A stretch of 64,000 nt of DNA, taken from positions 25,668,001 to 25,732,000 of the forward strand of contig NC_090347.1 of assembly GCF_035084215.1 (NCBI RefSeq). Reading direction: 5' to 3'. The notes under the pieces were generated by a model. The model was not told the origin of the DNA and did no database searches. It saw only the letters and a list, made by a program, of their open reading frames with translations. The DNA is from Heptranchias perlo. Lineage: Eukaryota. Shown here piece by piece: positions 11,167 through 22,287 of the stretch. A program made the translations under genes and the position numbers. How positions within the stretch are numbered: position 1 is the stretch's first letter; each line of letters starts with the position of its first letter.

Positions 11167-11731
11167 GTCGGGGAACACTTCAGCAGTCAAGGACATTCAG
11201 CCTCCGATCTTCGGGTAAGCGTTCTCCAAGGCGGCCTTCAAGACACACGACAACGCAAAATCATCGAGCAGAAATTGATAGCCAAGTTCCGCACCCATGA
11301 GGATGGCCTCAACCGGGATCTTGGGTTCATGTCACGCTACATGTAACCCCACCAGAGAAAAAAAAGTTATCTGTTTTTATTACAACTGACCATTCTCTCT
11401 CTCTCTCTGCCTTTTGGGTGTTTGTGTCTCTCTCTCTCTGTCTTTGTAATCTGACCACTTGTGTATTCAGTGGTCTTAGGTGTAATGTTCCCCTGTCTGA
11501 ACACCATCCATGCAGAGGTGTGATAACGGGCAGTTGGAAAGATTATCTGTAATCACCAGGTATTGTTCTGTGACTATATATGCGGTGCTTTTATGGAAAC
11601 CTTCACACACCTGACGAAGGAGGAAAGCTCCGAAAGCTTGTGATTTTCAAATGGAACTGTTGGACTATAACCTGGTGTTGTAAGATTCCTTACATTTGTC
11701 CACCCCAGTCCATCACCGGCATTTCCACATC
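11167..11731 (+). mobile_element. Penelope-like element, 3' part (GIY-YIG C-terminus and 3' region)
   Basis: VGEHFSSQGH..EQKLIAKFRTHEDGLNRD* continues the sequence broken at 7047. Ends in the same CCATCACCGGCAT..CCACA tail as the palindromic mini-elements. Confidence 0.9.
11607..11643 (+). ncRNA. Minimal type I hammerhead-ribozyme-like motif
   Basis: cac-CTGACGA-a-GGAG(gaaag)CTCC-GAAA-gc-TT-gtg: conserved core boxes, stem II, short stem I and palindromic AAGCTT in place of stem III. Confidence 0.65.
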
Positions 11732-12702
11732 GTGGTAAATAAAGGGACTTGTCAAGGCACAATTGTGTCGTGCTTACCACCAATGAAGTTGCTTATCTGT
11801 TTGGAGCCCTTCCTGATTTCAACATTTTTATGCAACAAAGTTTCATAGACATCAAAAACACATTTCCATTAAATCTGCTTATTTTGAGAAACTGATATTT
11901 AACAATAGTTAAGACATAAAAATGAAAATTGACAGCTGCAAATCCCAAATGAAGAGAAGAATGTAACATTGGATGCTAAGATGAAAACCAGACTTGTGTA
12001 TGGTTAAGGACATTGGACACAGAAAAGTGCTTCCATGATGGAGGCTCAAATGAAGTGATTTCCAAAACAGATTTACAGAAATATGTAAAACAACATTTTG
12101 CATCTTGTGTGAGATAAAACCCTTCCCCTTGTAAACCTTTTAATAAACATCAAACATTCTTGGTAAAAATATAAATGAGATGATGTATAGCAAGCTACAG
12201 TGATCCTTACAAGAATACACCATTCAATGAATCCAATATTTACTTTCATAATTTAAAATGTTGAGATAACACAGCTGTGTTTCCAAATATACTTAGAAAG
12301 TCCCTTTGGAATAAATAGTTGTCAGGAATTATTGACACAGCAAAAGCCGCTGACAGGGTTCACATACACATAGATTATTACCTCTGTACTTTGTCCTGTT
12401 TTTGAAATTTCACCTGTCGGAGTAACTTGAAATTGCTTTATTAGTTATCACTATGACACGTAATACTGGTAACTAGAATGACAGGGCCACATGGTGAAAT
12501 GGATTCTCCAGTCAAAGGAACTGAAAATCTAATTGAGCACACTGTCCTATTTATGAAATAAACACAATATTTCATAACAATGTATGTATATTTTCTAAAT
12601 GGGTTTAGTTCAATTATTGCAGTTGTAAGCATAACAGAATCTGGCCAAGAGCTGTAGCCTCCTGTGATATTTGTGTTCCAGAAGTGGAATATTCAGGGGG
12701 AT

Positions 12703-12808
12703 ATTAAAGATCCCTGGCATTATTAAGAGTTCTCCCAGTACCCTCGCTAAAATTCATCCCTCAACCAACACCACCGCTACCGATTAACTAGTTATTCATC
12801 TCATTGTT
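12703..12808 (+). mobile_element. Deu-domain SINE fragment
   Basis: TAAAGATCCCTGGCA..TCTCCCAGT..TCAACCAACAC similar to the core of the SINE at 53488-53927. Confidence 0.55.
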
Positions 12809-12994
12809 AATCGCTCAAACCCAGACTTTTGATCGGATCAAAGTAACCCTGAGCTCGCTGGCTTGACACAATATTATACCTCCAATAAACTGAGGGCCAC
12901 TCCGGACAAGACACCGGTCCATGCATTCAATGTTAAGAATAGAGAAGCCAAACGGGAATTATGTATTGTTACAGGAAAAGACTTGATCATTGTT

Positions 12995-13200
12995 TCAACA
13001 CTGTCTGACTTGGTGTGACACTGGATCGCACTTTTAATTACAATTAACGTATCATGAAGACCAAGGCAAAAGTTGGAGCTAGGAATAACATCCTACAAAA
13101 TCTGGCGAACTCAAAGTGCAGCACTGATCCAAACACCATCTGCGGGAAGCTGATGGAATACTCCTCTCTGCTTCTGCCTCTGAGTGGAAGCAGCCAATGA
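12995..13200 (+). mobile_element. Vingi/Ingi-like LINE RT C-terminal fragment
   Basis: LGVTLDRTFNY..MKTKAKVGARNNILQNLANSK, resembling the YLGVTLDR..RNNIL.KLA.S.WG motif. Confidence 0.65.
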
Positions 13201-14786
13201 AGCACACATTCAAGCTTCTCCACTGGTACTGTTTATGAGCAATCAGTGGTAGAATGGACCTCATAGTATTAGAAAGTTAAATCTCTGGGAGAGTCAATCG
13301 AATATCTTCCGAGATGTTGCCCTGTATACTTTGCAAACCAGTTGACATTGACCTTTCCTGACAGTCCCCAAGGCCTGCAGTCCTCATTCGGAGCCTGCGC
13401 ATTGAGTTGACTGACATGCTTGGATCTCTCGTGAAGCAAGGGAAGGTTTGTAGCTGCCACTTTCTCCACCTCTTCATGTACTGTTAAATGCCAGATGTTG
13501 TAGCCTGGTATTCCCTGGCATTGTGTGCTGTCTTATCCTGCAGGAAGGATGCATGGTGTTAACTGGGGTTGCTGCAGTCTCTAGGTCCTGCTGTCACAAT
13601 CAGTCAGGTTTCATGGATTTGTGGTAACAGGCAGATGTAAGGGAACAACAACTTAGGCTGTTAAAACTTCAGTGTGTTAGCATTTATCACAGGATATGAG
13701 ACACTTAACATGGTGCTACCAAGTAACATGGTGCTACCACAAGGCACCATGATAAGGAATATGGTGCCTTGTGACACCCTAAAGGGCTTTGATTGACTAT
13801 TCTTCTTGGGATTACCCAACCGCTTCTCTATAATTCAGCTATCATCAGTTATCCTGTTATTCATCTAAAAACACTCTTACTTTTGCTGAATTGGGAAGGT
13901 CAGTGACCTTCTGACACTTCAAGGGAATTATGGAGGTCCCATACACAGCCACAGCCACCTCCTTTTACCTGGAACCATCTGTCTGCATGTCATTGCTTCT
14001 TCCCTGGTATTTGAACTACTGCATCCCTCCCTTCTCTATTTTGGGCAAGCAGCACTTCCACATTGGCCTCTGAAAAGTTAAATGCTTGTCTATTTTCGTC
14101 TTTGGCACCAGTCATTTCAGTCCCTCTGTCAAGAGCCTGCGCACCTCTTTATAACTGCATGGAGTATTAAATATGGATGTTGTACCATTCCTTCCCCCCA
14201 CCCCTGCCCGTCCTGAATTTTCTGGGCTCCCCCAGTGAATCTGGTCCCCTGCTGGTGGGTAGGCCTCCTGCCATTGTCCCAAAAACATTGAGCCAGAACT
14301 CGCTCAGAGCAGCGTGGCAACGTTCGCAGCAGTTCCTGCGAATTAAATGTACAAATGTCCTCACTGCGGGCTCCATGGAGTAGACTTGTGTGATTTGTAA
14401 GTTTTCAAAAAATGCGCGACATCAACTCAGCCTCCGAACAGCGCGGGTTGATTCTCACGGGAAGTGTTTTGTGAGAATAGAAGACTCGCCCATAAAATCT
14501 GTCAGGATGAGAAGCCATGCCCACAAGCAGGCAAGCAAAGTTCATTCATTTAAAGTTATATTCTGCAAGTCATTGTAAATAAAAAATTTAATTTTTTTAA
14601 TAAAAAGCCAAAGAAGTAATTTAATTAAATTAGAGAGACGGAAGTGAAAAGTAAAAAAAAGTTTAACTTTGTTTTTAATTTTTAATAAAATTTTTAATGA
14701 CCCAAAAATATTACAATAAGGAGTAATATGAGATGCCACATTTTTAAAATTTAAATTTTAGTTGTTCGGCAATCATTAAGAGTGAT

Positions 14787-14933
14787 TAATCACTCCTAAT
14801 GATTGCCGAACAATCATTAATCACTCCTTATGATTGCCGAACAATCATTAATCACTCCTAATGATTGCCGAACAATCATTAATCACTCCTAATGATTGCC
14901 GAACAATCATTAATCACTCCTAATGATTGCCGA
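14787..14933. repeat. 31-bp tandem repeat (4.7 copies), inverted relative to the adjacent sequence
   Basis: Unit TAATCACTCCTAATGATTGCCGAACAATCAT; it is largely the reverse complement of 14762-14788. Confidence 0.95.
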
Positions 14934-16687
14934 GTGATTATTTACGCGCTTTTCAAAAGTAGTGGTATTATTCAAAGTACCTTTTGGTAGCGTAAGTAAT
15001 TACATTCCACTTGGGCAGATGGACAAGTTTACGATGTTTCAGTGATTTCAATGATTATGCGTGCAACTCCCCTTTAATTCGCAGCTGTCAAATCGTCGGC
15101 AAACCAACAGGAGCAGGTTCATGATTTCCGGGTTTTAGTGCGCATGTGCAAATGCGTGAACTTACTCCTTCAGTTCGCCAGCGGAGACAGAGGATGCCAT
15201 TGAGGAACGGCGTTGACAGGTGAGTAATTTCTGCCCCATTATTTAAATTAGCTGACCCTGGATTTCTGAGAGGATCAGCTTCCTCTGATTTCAGCGGCCA
15301 CAAGTTCCAATCTGCCTCACTTACGCCAATGAAAAAAGGACCCGTGAATTTTAAGGAAAACTTTTCTGTCCTGGCAACATGATGAACAGACAGTTGGTCC
15401 ATCACAGCATCAAGCACATTGCTAATAAAAACCAAACTTTCCTCAGTGTACTTGAATCATCTTTCAGCATGTGGCTCATAGCCTAGCAACTCACATACAC
15501 ATATTCTTTTTGAAAGTTATTCCCATGGGACTTGATTCCTGATGTGATGGAACAGGGCCAGCAGCTAAATTGGGCTTCTGCTGAATATCAGTTCACCCTT
15601 CTCGGCCTAACCGTTGCTCATTCTGGACAGATGCTTGTTTCAATTAGGCTTTGATGTAAGATGCTTTGATTCAAGGGCCCAGCTTTCTCTTGCATTGCCT
15701 TTGGCGTCTGGCAGCAAACTCTTCTTGTGAAATGCTGTCTCTTGTGAGAGTATGATCTGTGGCAGTGAAGAGGCAGCCTTTTAGTCAGAGCGGAGACCTC
15801 TTCTTCCATTCCTTATAGTCTTTCTGTTGAGAGAACAGATCAAACATTGTTAGTGTTGAGATTAGATTAGGTAAAATTCAGCAAGACAGCCAACAAATAG
15901 AAAATGGAAATATGAGTTGAAAAATTCTCAACGGGATGGAGTCTGTAACTGACTGCCTAAAGAATACACAGCGATGGAAATGAGATGCAAGTGGGTGTCA
16001 AGTGGTTCTGCACACAGATTTTTTTCAAAACTGCTGGGGACAGATCAGATCAGTGCTATTGCTTCCTGAGCTGCAGAGTAGGAGCCTTTCATCTTAAAGT
16101 GGCAGACTGGAATTGTCAAGAAAGGACTTTATCTTTGGCTTTTTGCATTAAAATCGTTTTGCTGCTTCAGTACTTGCTCCTGAATGATGCTAGTCTCCTA
16201 CAATTAGTGACTGAGGCTGTATTCAGGACAGTGCCACATCCCCTCCCCCACCTTATGCAATTGGCTGTTTGGAAGGAGAACCAACCACAAGTCCCCTTGA
16301 CAGTTACTGAAGAAGTTCCTGGTTGTCACTTGCAACCGCATCCCTGCAACAAAGCAAAAATCCTCCCTCCCACGGCCCATACAATGACTCCATCCCATCT
16401 TGAATAAAATGAGAAGCCTTAAAACACACCCAGGACCCTTCTATTGCTGCCTCCTTAATTTTCATATCTGGACTTCGATTCCCAGTTCCTCCACACTCCA
16501 ACTGTGCTGATATCACAATGATAGATTACCAACATCCTTCTTTGCTTGAATTTCTATGATTCCATGATACCAAAATCTGAAACCAAATTTGCTGCTATAT
16601 ATTATACTGTCATCTTACACACGATGCTTAGGTTTGGGCCAAACAACAGATTATAGTATCATACCAGCTACAGATGTAAGATTGAGG

Positions 16688-16826
16688 TGTCAACTTTGGC
16701 TCAGTGGTAACATTTTTGCCACTGAATCAGAAGGCCATGGGTTCAAGCCCCACTTCTCCAGAGACTTGACACATAATCAAGGCTGACATTTCAGTGCACT
16801 ACTGAGGGAGTAATGCACTGTTGGAT
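16688..16826 (+). mobile_element. tRNA-derived SINE 5' part (SacSINE1/Deu-type)
   Basis: A box TGGCTCAGTGG, B box GGTTCAAGCCC, then GGCTGACA..CAGTGCA..TGAGGGAG..TGCACTG as at 53560-53600. Confidence 0.8.
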
Positions 16827-17787
16827 GTTTCCCATGACTTATGTTATCTGCATGCTATCAGGATCACTCACCAGAAATCCAACAGACAGTTGCCTTTCTT
16901 GCCTTCCCATGAGGCACTGGGCCCTGAAGCAATCAAGCATTACATTTCCTGACTTAGTCCCTAAACCACTTGGGCATTCCCAATCTGGTTAGTTGGTTAG
17001 TTGAAATCCCCCTCCCCCACAACAATAAACCTTCCTGTTTTCGTGTGTCCTCACTCGTCAAAGACTCGGCAGTTCTCCTTGTTCTAATTCGATGATTTGT
17101 GGCAAACCCCTATTTGCATTAGAAACATCCAGCCAGAGCAATTGGCAGTAGCTGAGTTTTTTTCTTTCCTGACATAAAAAGCCCGTCTCTTCTTTTCTGT
17201 TGTATTCTTTTTGAACATTCAAAGCCTTCTATTTTGTATTCACCTCCAGCATCGAGGGAAGGCACATTTTTTGTTATTCTTATTACATCACAGCTCCTTA
17301 CTGCGACAACAGATTCAAGTACAACCATTTTTAGTACAAATGCTTCTAGCCTTCATCTACATGCACCTTTTAAGATTCATTTTTTTTTTCTTGGGTTCCA
17401 CTTCAACAGAAAAGTACGTCAATTTCACAACTTCTCTGTTAACCAAATTCATGTGATAGTCATAGGTCTGTGGTGGCAGAGGCTGCTGTTGCTGACCCCA
17501 TATTTTATTTCACATATCTCAGTTTCTTCTTTTATTTGGTCTGGCATAGTCAGATTTGAACTTTGGCCTTTCGAGAAAAGTGCTTTGAAATTTGCTTCTC
17601 ATTCAATGAAGAAAGTTTCTTTTTAATTTGCCAGAAACTGCAGCTTCAATTTAACTGGACGAAATTAATCCTCCAAAAAAGATTAAAGTACATTCTTAAC
17701 ATAGGCAAAGAGCTGGTCAGCGATTTGAGGAACAAATGAAATGGCCAGTGAGCATTGACAAAGCAGAGAAAGAACTAAATGAAACTA

Positions 17788-18320
17788 TTGTAAGGGATCT
17801 TACAACACCAGGTTATAGTCCAACAGTTTTATTTGAAAATCACAAGCTTTCGGAGGCTTTCTCCTTCGTCAGGTGAGTGTGGGATTCCATGGAAGGTACC
17901 GCATATATAGTCAGAGAACAATACCTGGTGATTACAGACAATCTTTTTGGGAAAGGAGGATTGCAAATAACTGCAAATTGTCTTGGAGGACTGCGGCAGA
18001 GTACAGAGCCCCCAAGTTGTCAAAGGTTGAAATGAAAGTGCTACTGGCCCAAATAAGGCAGAGTACGAGGGCCCAGTTTGGGACTGAACAGAGAATGCCG
18101 TTAAAAGGTCACTACCCAGAAACAAATGTAAGGAATCTTACAACACCAGGTTATAGTCCAACAGTTTTATTTGAAAATCACAAGCTTTCGGAGGCTTTCT
18201 CCTTCGTCAGGAGAAAGCCTCCGAAAGCTTGTGATTTTCAAATAAAACTGTTGGACTATAACCTGGTGTTGTAAGATTCCTTACATTTGTCCACTCCAGT
18301 CCATCACCGGCATCTCCACA
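17788..18320. mobile_element. Composite Penelope-derived insertion: inverted 3' fragment, foreign ~175-bp segment, palindromic mini-element
   Basis: Flanked by 12-bp direct repeat TAAATGAAACTA (17776-17787, 18321-18332). Palindrome 18122-18290 plus tail. Hammerhead-like motif on minus strand at 17840-17876. Confidence 0.85.
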
Positions 18321-18419
18321 TAAATGAAACTAGAAATGGAAGGATATAACCTGTAGTCTGCAGGGTGCATTGGCTTTCTTGCAGCTGCTAATACAATTAA
18401 ATATACACCAGATGACACA

Positions 18420-19720
18420 TACAAACATGACAGGAAAAGATCCACTGTCCCATACAGTCGGAATACAGACATTCCTGACCCACCCAGAGCTATGTAATCA
18501 CCTGGGAGAGGGGAAATAACAGATTAAAAACCCAGGCCAATTAAAGAAAAATATCTGGAAAATTCCTCATCAACCCCTTTAGGCAATCAAAACTCGAGTG
18601 GGAGATTATATTGACTTGGATTTAAATAACAAGGTACCTGCCTCTTGTTTGAAATGATCTCTGCCCCAGTCAGAAACAGGTCCAGCTCTCTCTTGATGGA
18701 ATTCAGGAAATCAGCGTTCACCACATGAGCCAAAAACCTGTTCCACAGGTTCACTATTCCATGGGAAAAGAACCACCTAACATCCAACCTAGTTCTGTCC
18801 TTACATAACTTGTTCTCCCTAACCTATCCAGAAATAATTGGTCCACATAAACACAATCTCATCTCTTCACTATTTTATAAACCTCAGTCAAATTGCCCGA
18901 GTCTATGCTTTTCTAAAATATACAAACGCAGCTCTTTGAGCCTATCTGGGTAATTAAGGTGTTTTAAATTGATAATTAATCTTGTGGCCCTCCTCCTCCT
19001 AAGCCTCAATATCCACCACCATGTGAGACTAAAGCTGGACACAGTATTATAACTGAGGCCTAACCAAGTTCTTGTACAAAAACAAAATGGTATGCTTTGT
19101 TTTGTAATGAATTGTCCTGTGAATATAACCTAGAACTCTGTTCACAGCATTGGTCATGAACCTTTAGAGACTGATGCACGACAACACCCAGATTTTTCAC
19201 TACTGGCTTCATTCTTGTTTTCTGTAAGGCGTATGTATATTTAGCATTAGACCTGCCCATGTGCATAACGCTACACTTTTCTAAGTTAAACATAATTTGC
19301 CCATAAACATAGGCCCATTTCCCCAACACATCAAGATCTGCTTAGAGTAGTTGTGATGTGGAGATGCCGGTGATGGACTGGGGTGGACAAATGTAAGGAA
19401 TCTTACAACACCAGGTTATAGTCCAACAGTTTTATTTGAAAATCACAAGCTTTCGGAGGCTTCCTCACCTGACGAAGGAGGAAGCCTCCGAAAGCTTGTG
19501 ATTTTCAAATAAAACTGTTGGACTATAACCTGGTGTTGTAAGATTCCTTAGAGTAGTTGAACATCGTCTACAGTCCTAACACTCACATGTATCTTGGTGT
19601 CATCTGCAAACTTGCAGATTACCTTGGTCATTAGCGAATATAGTAAATAGCAAAGGTTCTAATACTGATCCCTGTGGGATACCAATGGTAACTGGTCTAC
19701 AAGCAGATTCAATAACCATC
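18420..19720 (-). mobile_element. Old decayed CR1 LINE 3' part (interrupted at 19354-19546)
   Basis: ORFs 18587..18787 (FFSHGIVNLWN) and 19060..19329 (FNLEKCSVMHMG); KFADDTK and PQGSVL motifs near 19590-19680. Confidence 0.8.
19354..19546. mobile_element. Palindromic Penelope-derived mini-element with hammerhead-like motif
   Basis: Inverted arms 19394-19466 and 19478-19550, 40-nt unpaired tail, 13-bp TSD CTTAGAGTAGTTG (19341-19353, 19547-19559). Motif tcac-CTGACGA-a-GGAG..CTCC-GAAA-gc-TT-gtga at 19465-19501. Confidence 0.9.
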
Positions 19721-22287
19721 TTAATAATACCCTAGTTACAGGCCTAGCTCCCTTACATGTGCAGATTTTAATTAGCACAGTTTGTCTCTTCTGTCCAATG
19801 ATGTGGTGACTGGAGCCAGTTGTCACTTTCAGGTTAGCTCCCTTATTTCAGCTATGATGCTATCTTTCTGCTGCTGCGCTGCTCCATATTCTTACTGGCC
19901 TCAGATATAGGGCTGATCTTAATGTAGCACCAGGCTTCTCTGTGATTCCTTTGCCCTCTTGGCACTGCTCTTTGACTGTACTCTCTGGTACTATAGGAAG
20001 TACTCAGTGTATTCTATCCTTCAGCCGAAATGTCAATTCAGGGATGCTTTTATGTTTCAAATTGCTCCTGATGTTATCACACAATATGTTCAGATACAGA
20101 TGCCCCTATGGCCCATTTGATCTTTCCCTTCCACAATATTCATCCTACCTTCTTCATCTTACAGCATCCTCTTGTTTCTTAGATGAGTCCAGTGTCATAG
20201 AAATGGGAAGCACCATTACACTACAGTTTTCCAGAAGATCAGTTACACAGGCAGGATAACATTCCTTCCATACTCGATTGCACGTTTCTTTTATATGTTT
20301 GGTAGAAAAATAATTGGGCATCGACTGGTATTGTTGGTTTGTTCTGACTTGATGTACTACACAAATTATTTATTTCCAATGTTTGTTCAAATTGAGGAAA
20401 AAAACATTTTGTTACCTTTGGCTATTTTGATCCTGTTTACAAAGAAAAGTAATTTACCAGGCTCATCTAAACAGTTTGAATGAAATCTGCATGTCCATTT
20501 AGTTCCCATGTACAAAGCAACACCCTTTCTCACACAATATTTCTCTTTCACTTTTCACAGTCTATCCAGCTGTGGCATTTGAGAATGTTTTCTGTTGCAG
20601 CTATGGAGGAAATCCTATCCCAGTGTCCACTGCAATAGTGAAAAGTCTCTGGTAGAACTTTTACGCCTTTAGTTTTAAACAAAGACCTTCACTACCACAA
20701 TGGATGCCAGAATAGCACCACCGATGTAGCATTCTCTGTTGAGAAGTGCTGGGAATTGCTGTTACTGTTTATATTAGGGTTGCCAACTCTCCTTGGATGT
20801 ATTCCTGGAGGTGTGGTCATGTTACAGGTGGTTATGTGACATCTGATCATGTGATATCTGATCACATGACACTTGTCTTCCATTTGCAAATGTTATTGTG
20901 AAGGTTGGCTCCCCTGTAGTTGAGTGTCTTTCCTCATGGTTTTGTGCCTGCAGTTGTCGTGCGAGAAGTTCTGATAACCAGAAGGCTGCCTGCAAGTAGA
21001 CAAAGAAAGTGCACAGGCATGAAGCTCAAAAGTAATGATATCCTGGGAAAGAATTAGAGTGGGAGACTCAGAGACAACGCTTTCTTTCAGCACAGAGGGG
21101 GATGCAAGTAGAATGAAGAGTATGTGGGTATATATGGAATTCAGAAGGAACAAGAAAGCTGACATGACCATTACAGTATTGATGTAATCGGCAGACACGA
21201 AATGTTGTAATGGAGAATGAGTGGTCAGAGGTGTGATGGAGATTGAGTGGGTTCAAGTCTGGGAGTGTGTCAAAGTTGTTGGCATTGGTAGAGCCAAGAC
21301 TGTTGAGGAGAAAAGAATTGTTAGGTATGCCATTAAGAGGTTATGTCGTTGGGCAAGGAAGGTGTTGGAGATAATGTCACTCCCTGGTTTTCAGTCAGAG
21401 AGAAATTTTGATCATGTTTTGACATTGGGTAGTGTTTCTTCCCATATCCAACTGAACTCCCTCCCTGTCACTGAAGCTAAAAATAGCAAGGCTGCGATGC
21501 CCACAATGCCCCATACTGCTGAAACCACTTTAGTCTGGGAGCAGCTGAACCAAGATGGGAAGGAGCCGGGAAAGAAAAAACTGTGACGTTCCAGATACAA
21601 CAATGGCGGTCATCAGGCGATCATGCAAATGTTTCTCCCAGGTTGCTCACAGCAATGCCTGGGGGATCAATCCTCAATTCCGGAAGAGTTGATGGTCTTA
21701 GTTTGAATATATGCAAAATTGGGATTCTGAGGTAGAAGATTGCTATCTCATGTAAGATTCCTATCTGAAGGCAGCTCAGTAAAAAACTTCCTTTTTGTAG
21801 TTTCCTTCTGCTGTGGTGGTTATTATGGTTTAGTACTAATCCTACACGTGGAAGTAACTCAAACAGTCAAAGGACTCACCAGGACTGAAGGGGAATATGT
21901 CTGAGTTGTTATCCAAGTAAACAATTTGTAATTTGTGGAATTGTTCTTTCTGCTTGTATTGTGTTCATTCAGTACAACAAATTCTCAGCACAAACCTTCT
22001 GGTAACCTTTTCAAGGCGTATCGGTAAAAGTACGAAGTCGAGCACATGTCAAAGAAAGAAAACTAAATGCAGACCAGTGTGTGAATAAAGCCTATTGCAA
22101 AGTTCACAGTATCCTTGTGTGGGGCTTCTTTGTTGAGAGAGATTTATTGTTGTTGACTGAGCCATTGATCATTCAAATTACTCCTTGCTCTGTTTTGTTT
22201 CATGAATATGCATTCATTTAATCAAATGTAAACACGATTGGAACCCTCACAGTTTCTTCATTATATACATAGCATTGAGTTACACTG

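Noticed and set aside
10346-11218. 290-aa plus-strand ORF as a novel gene
   Set aside because: Antisense shadow of CR1 ORF1.
12441-12521. Possible terminal exon on the minus strand (TTTTCAG, short ORF, AATAAA)
   Set aside because: No recognisable protein similarity or partner exons; such signals arise by chance in AT-rich DNA.
14787-14933. CRISPR array (31-bp partly palindromic repeat)
   Set aside because: No unique spacers, no cas genes, eukaryotic context.
13480-16400. Faint HARBI1-like peptide traces (~13490, ~15720, ~16320) and a MITE-like block ending at 15237
   Set aside because: Too degenerate to delimit without alignment.
16688-16770. tRNA gene
   Set aside because: A and B boxes are present but continue into SINE body sequence; this is a SINE head.
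17119-17640. Cys-containing stretch as an insulin/relaxin-like exon
   Set aside because: Cys spacing does not fit CC-x3-C-x8-C and the frame has stops.
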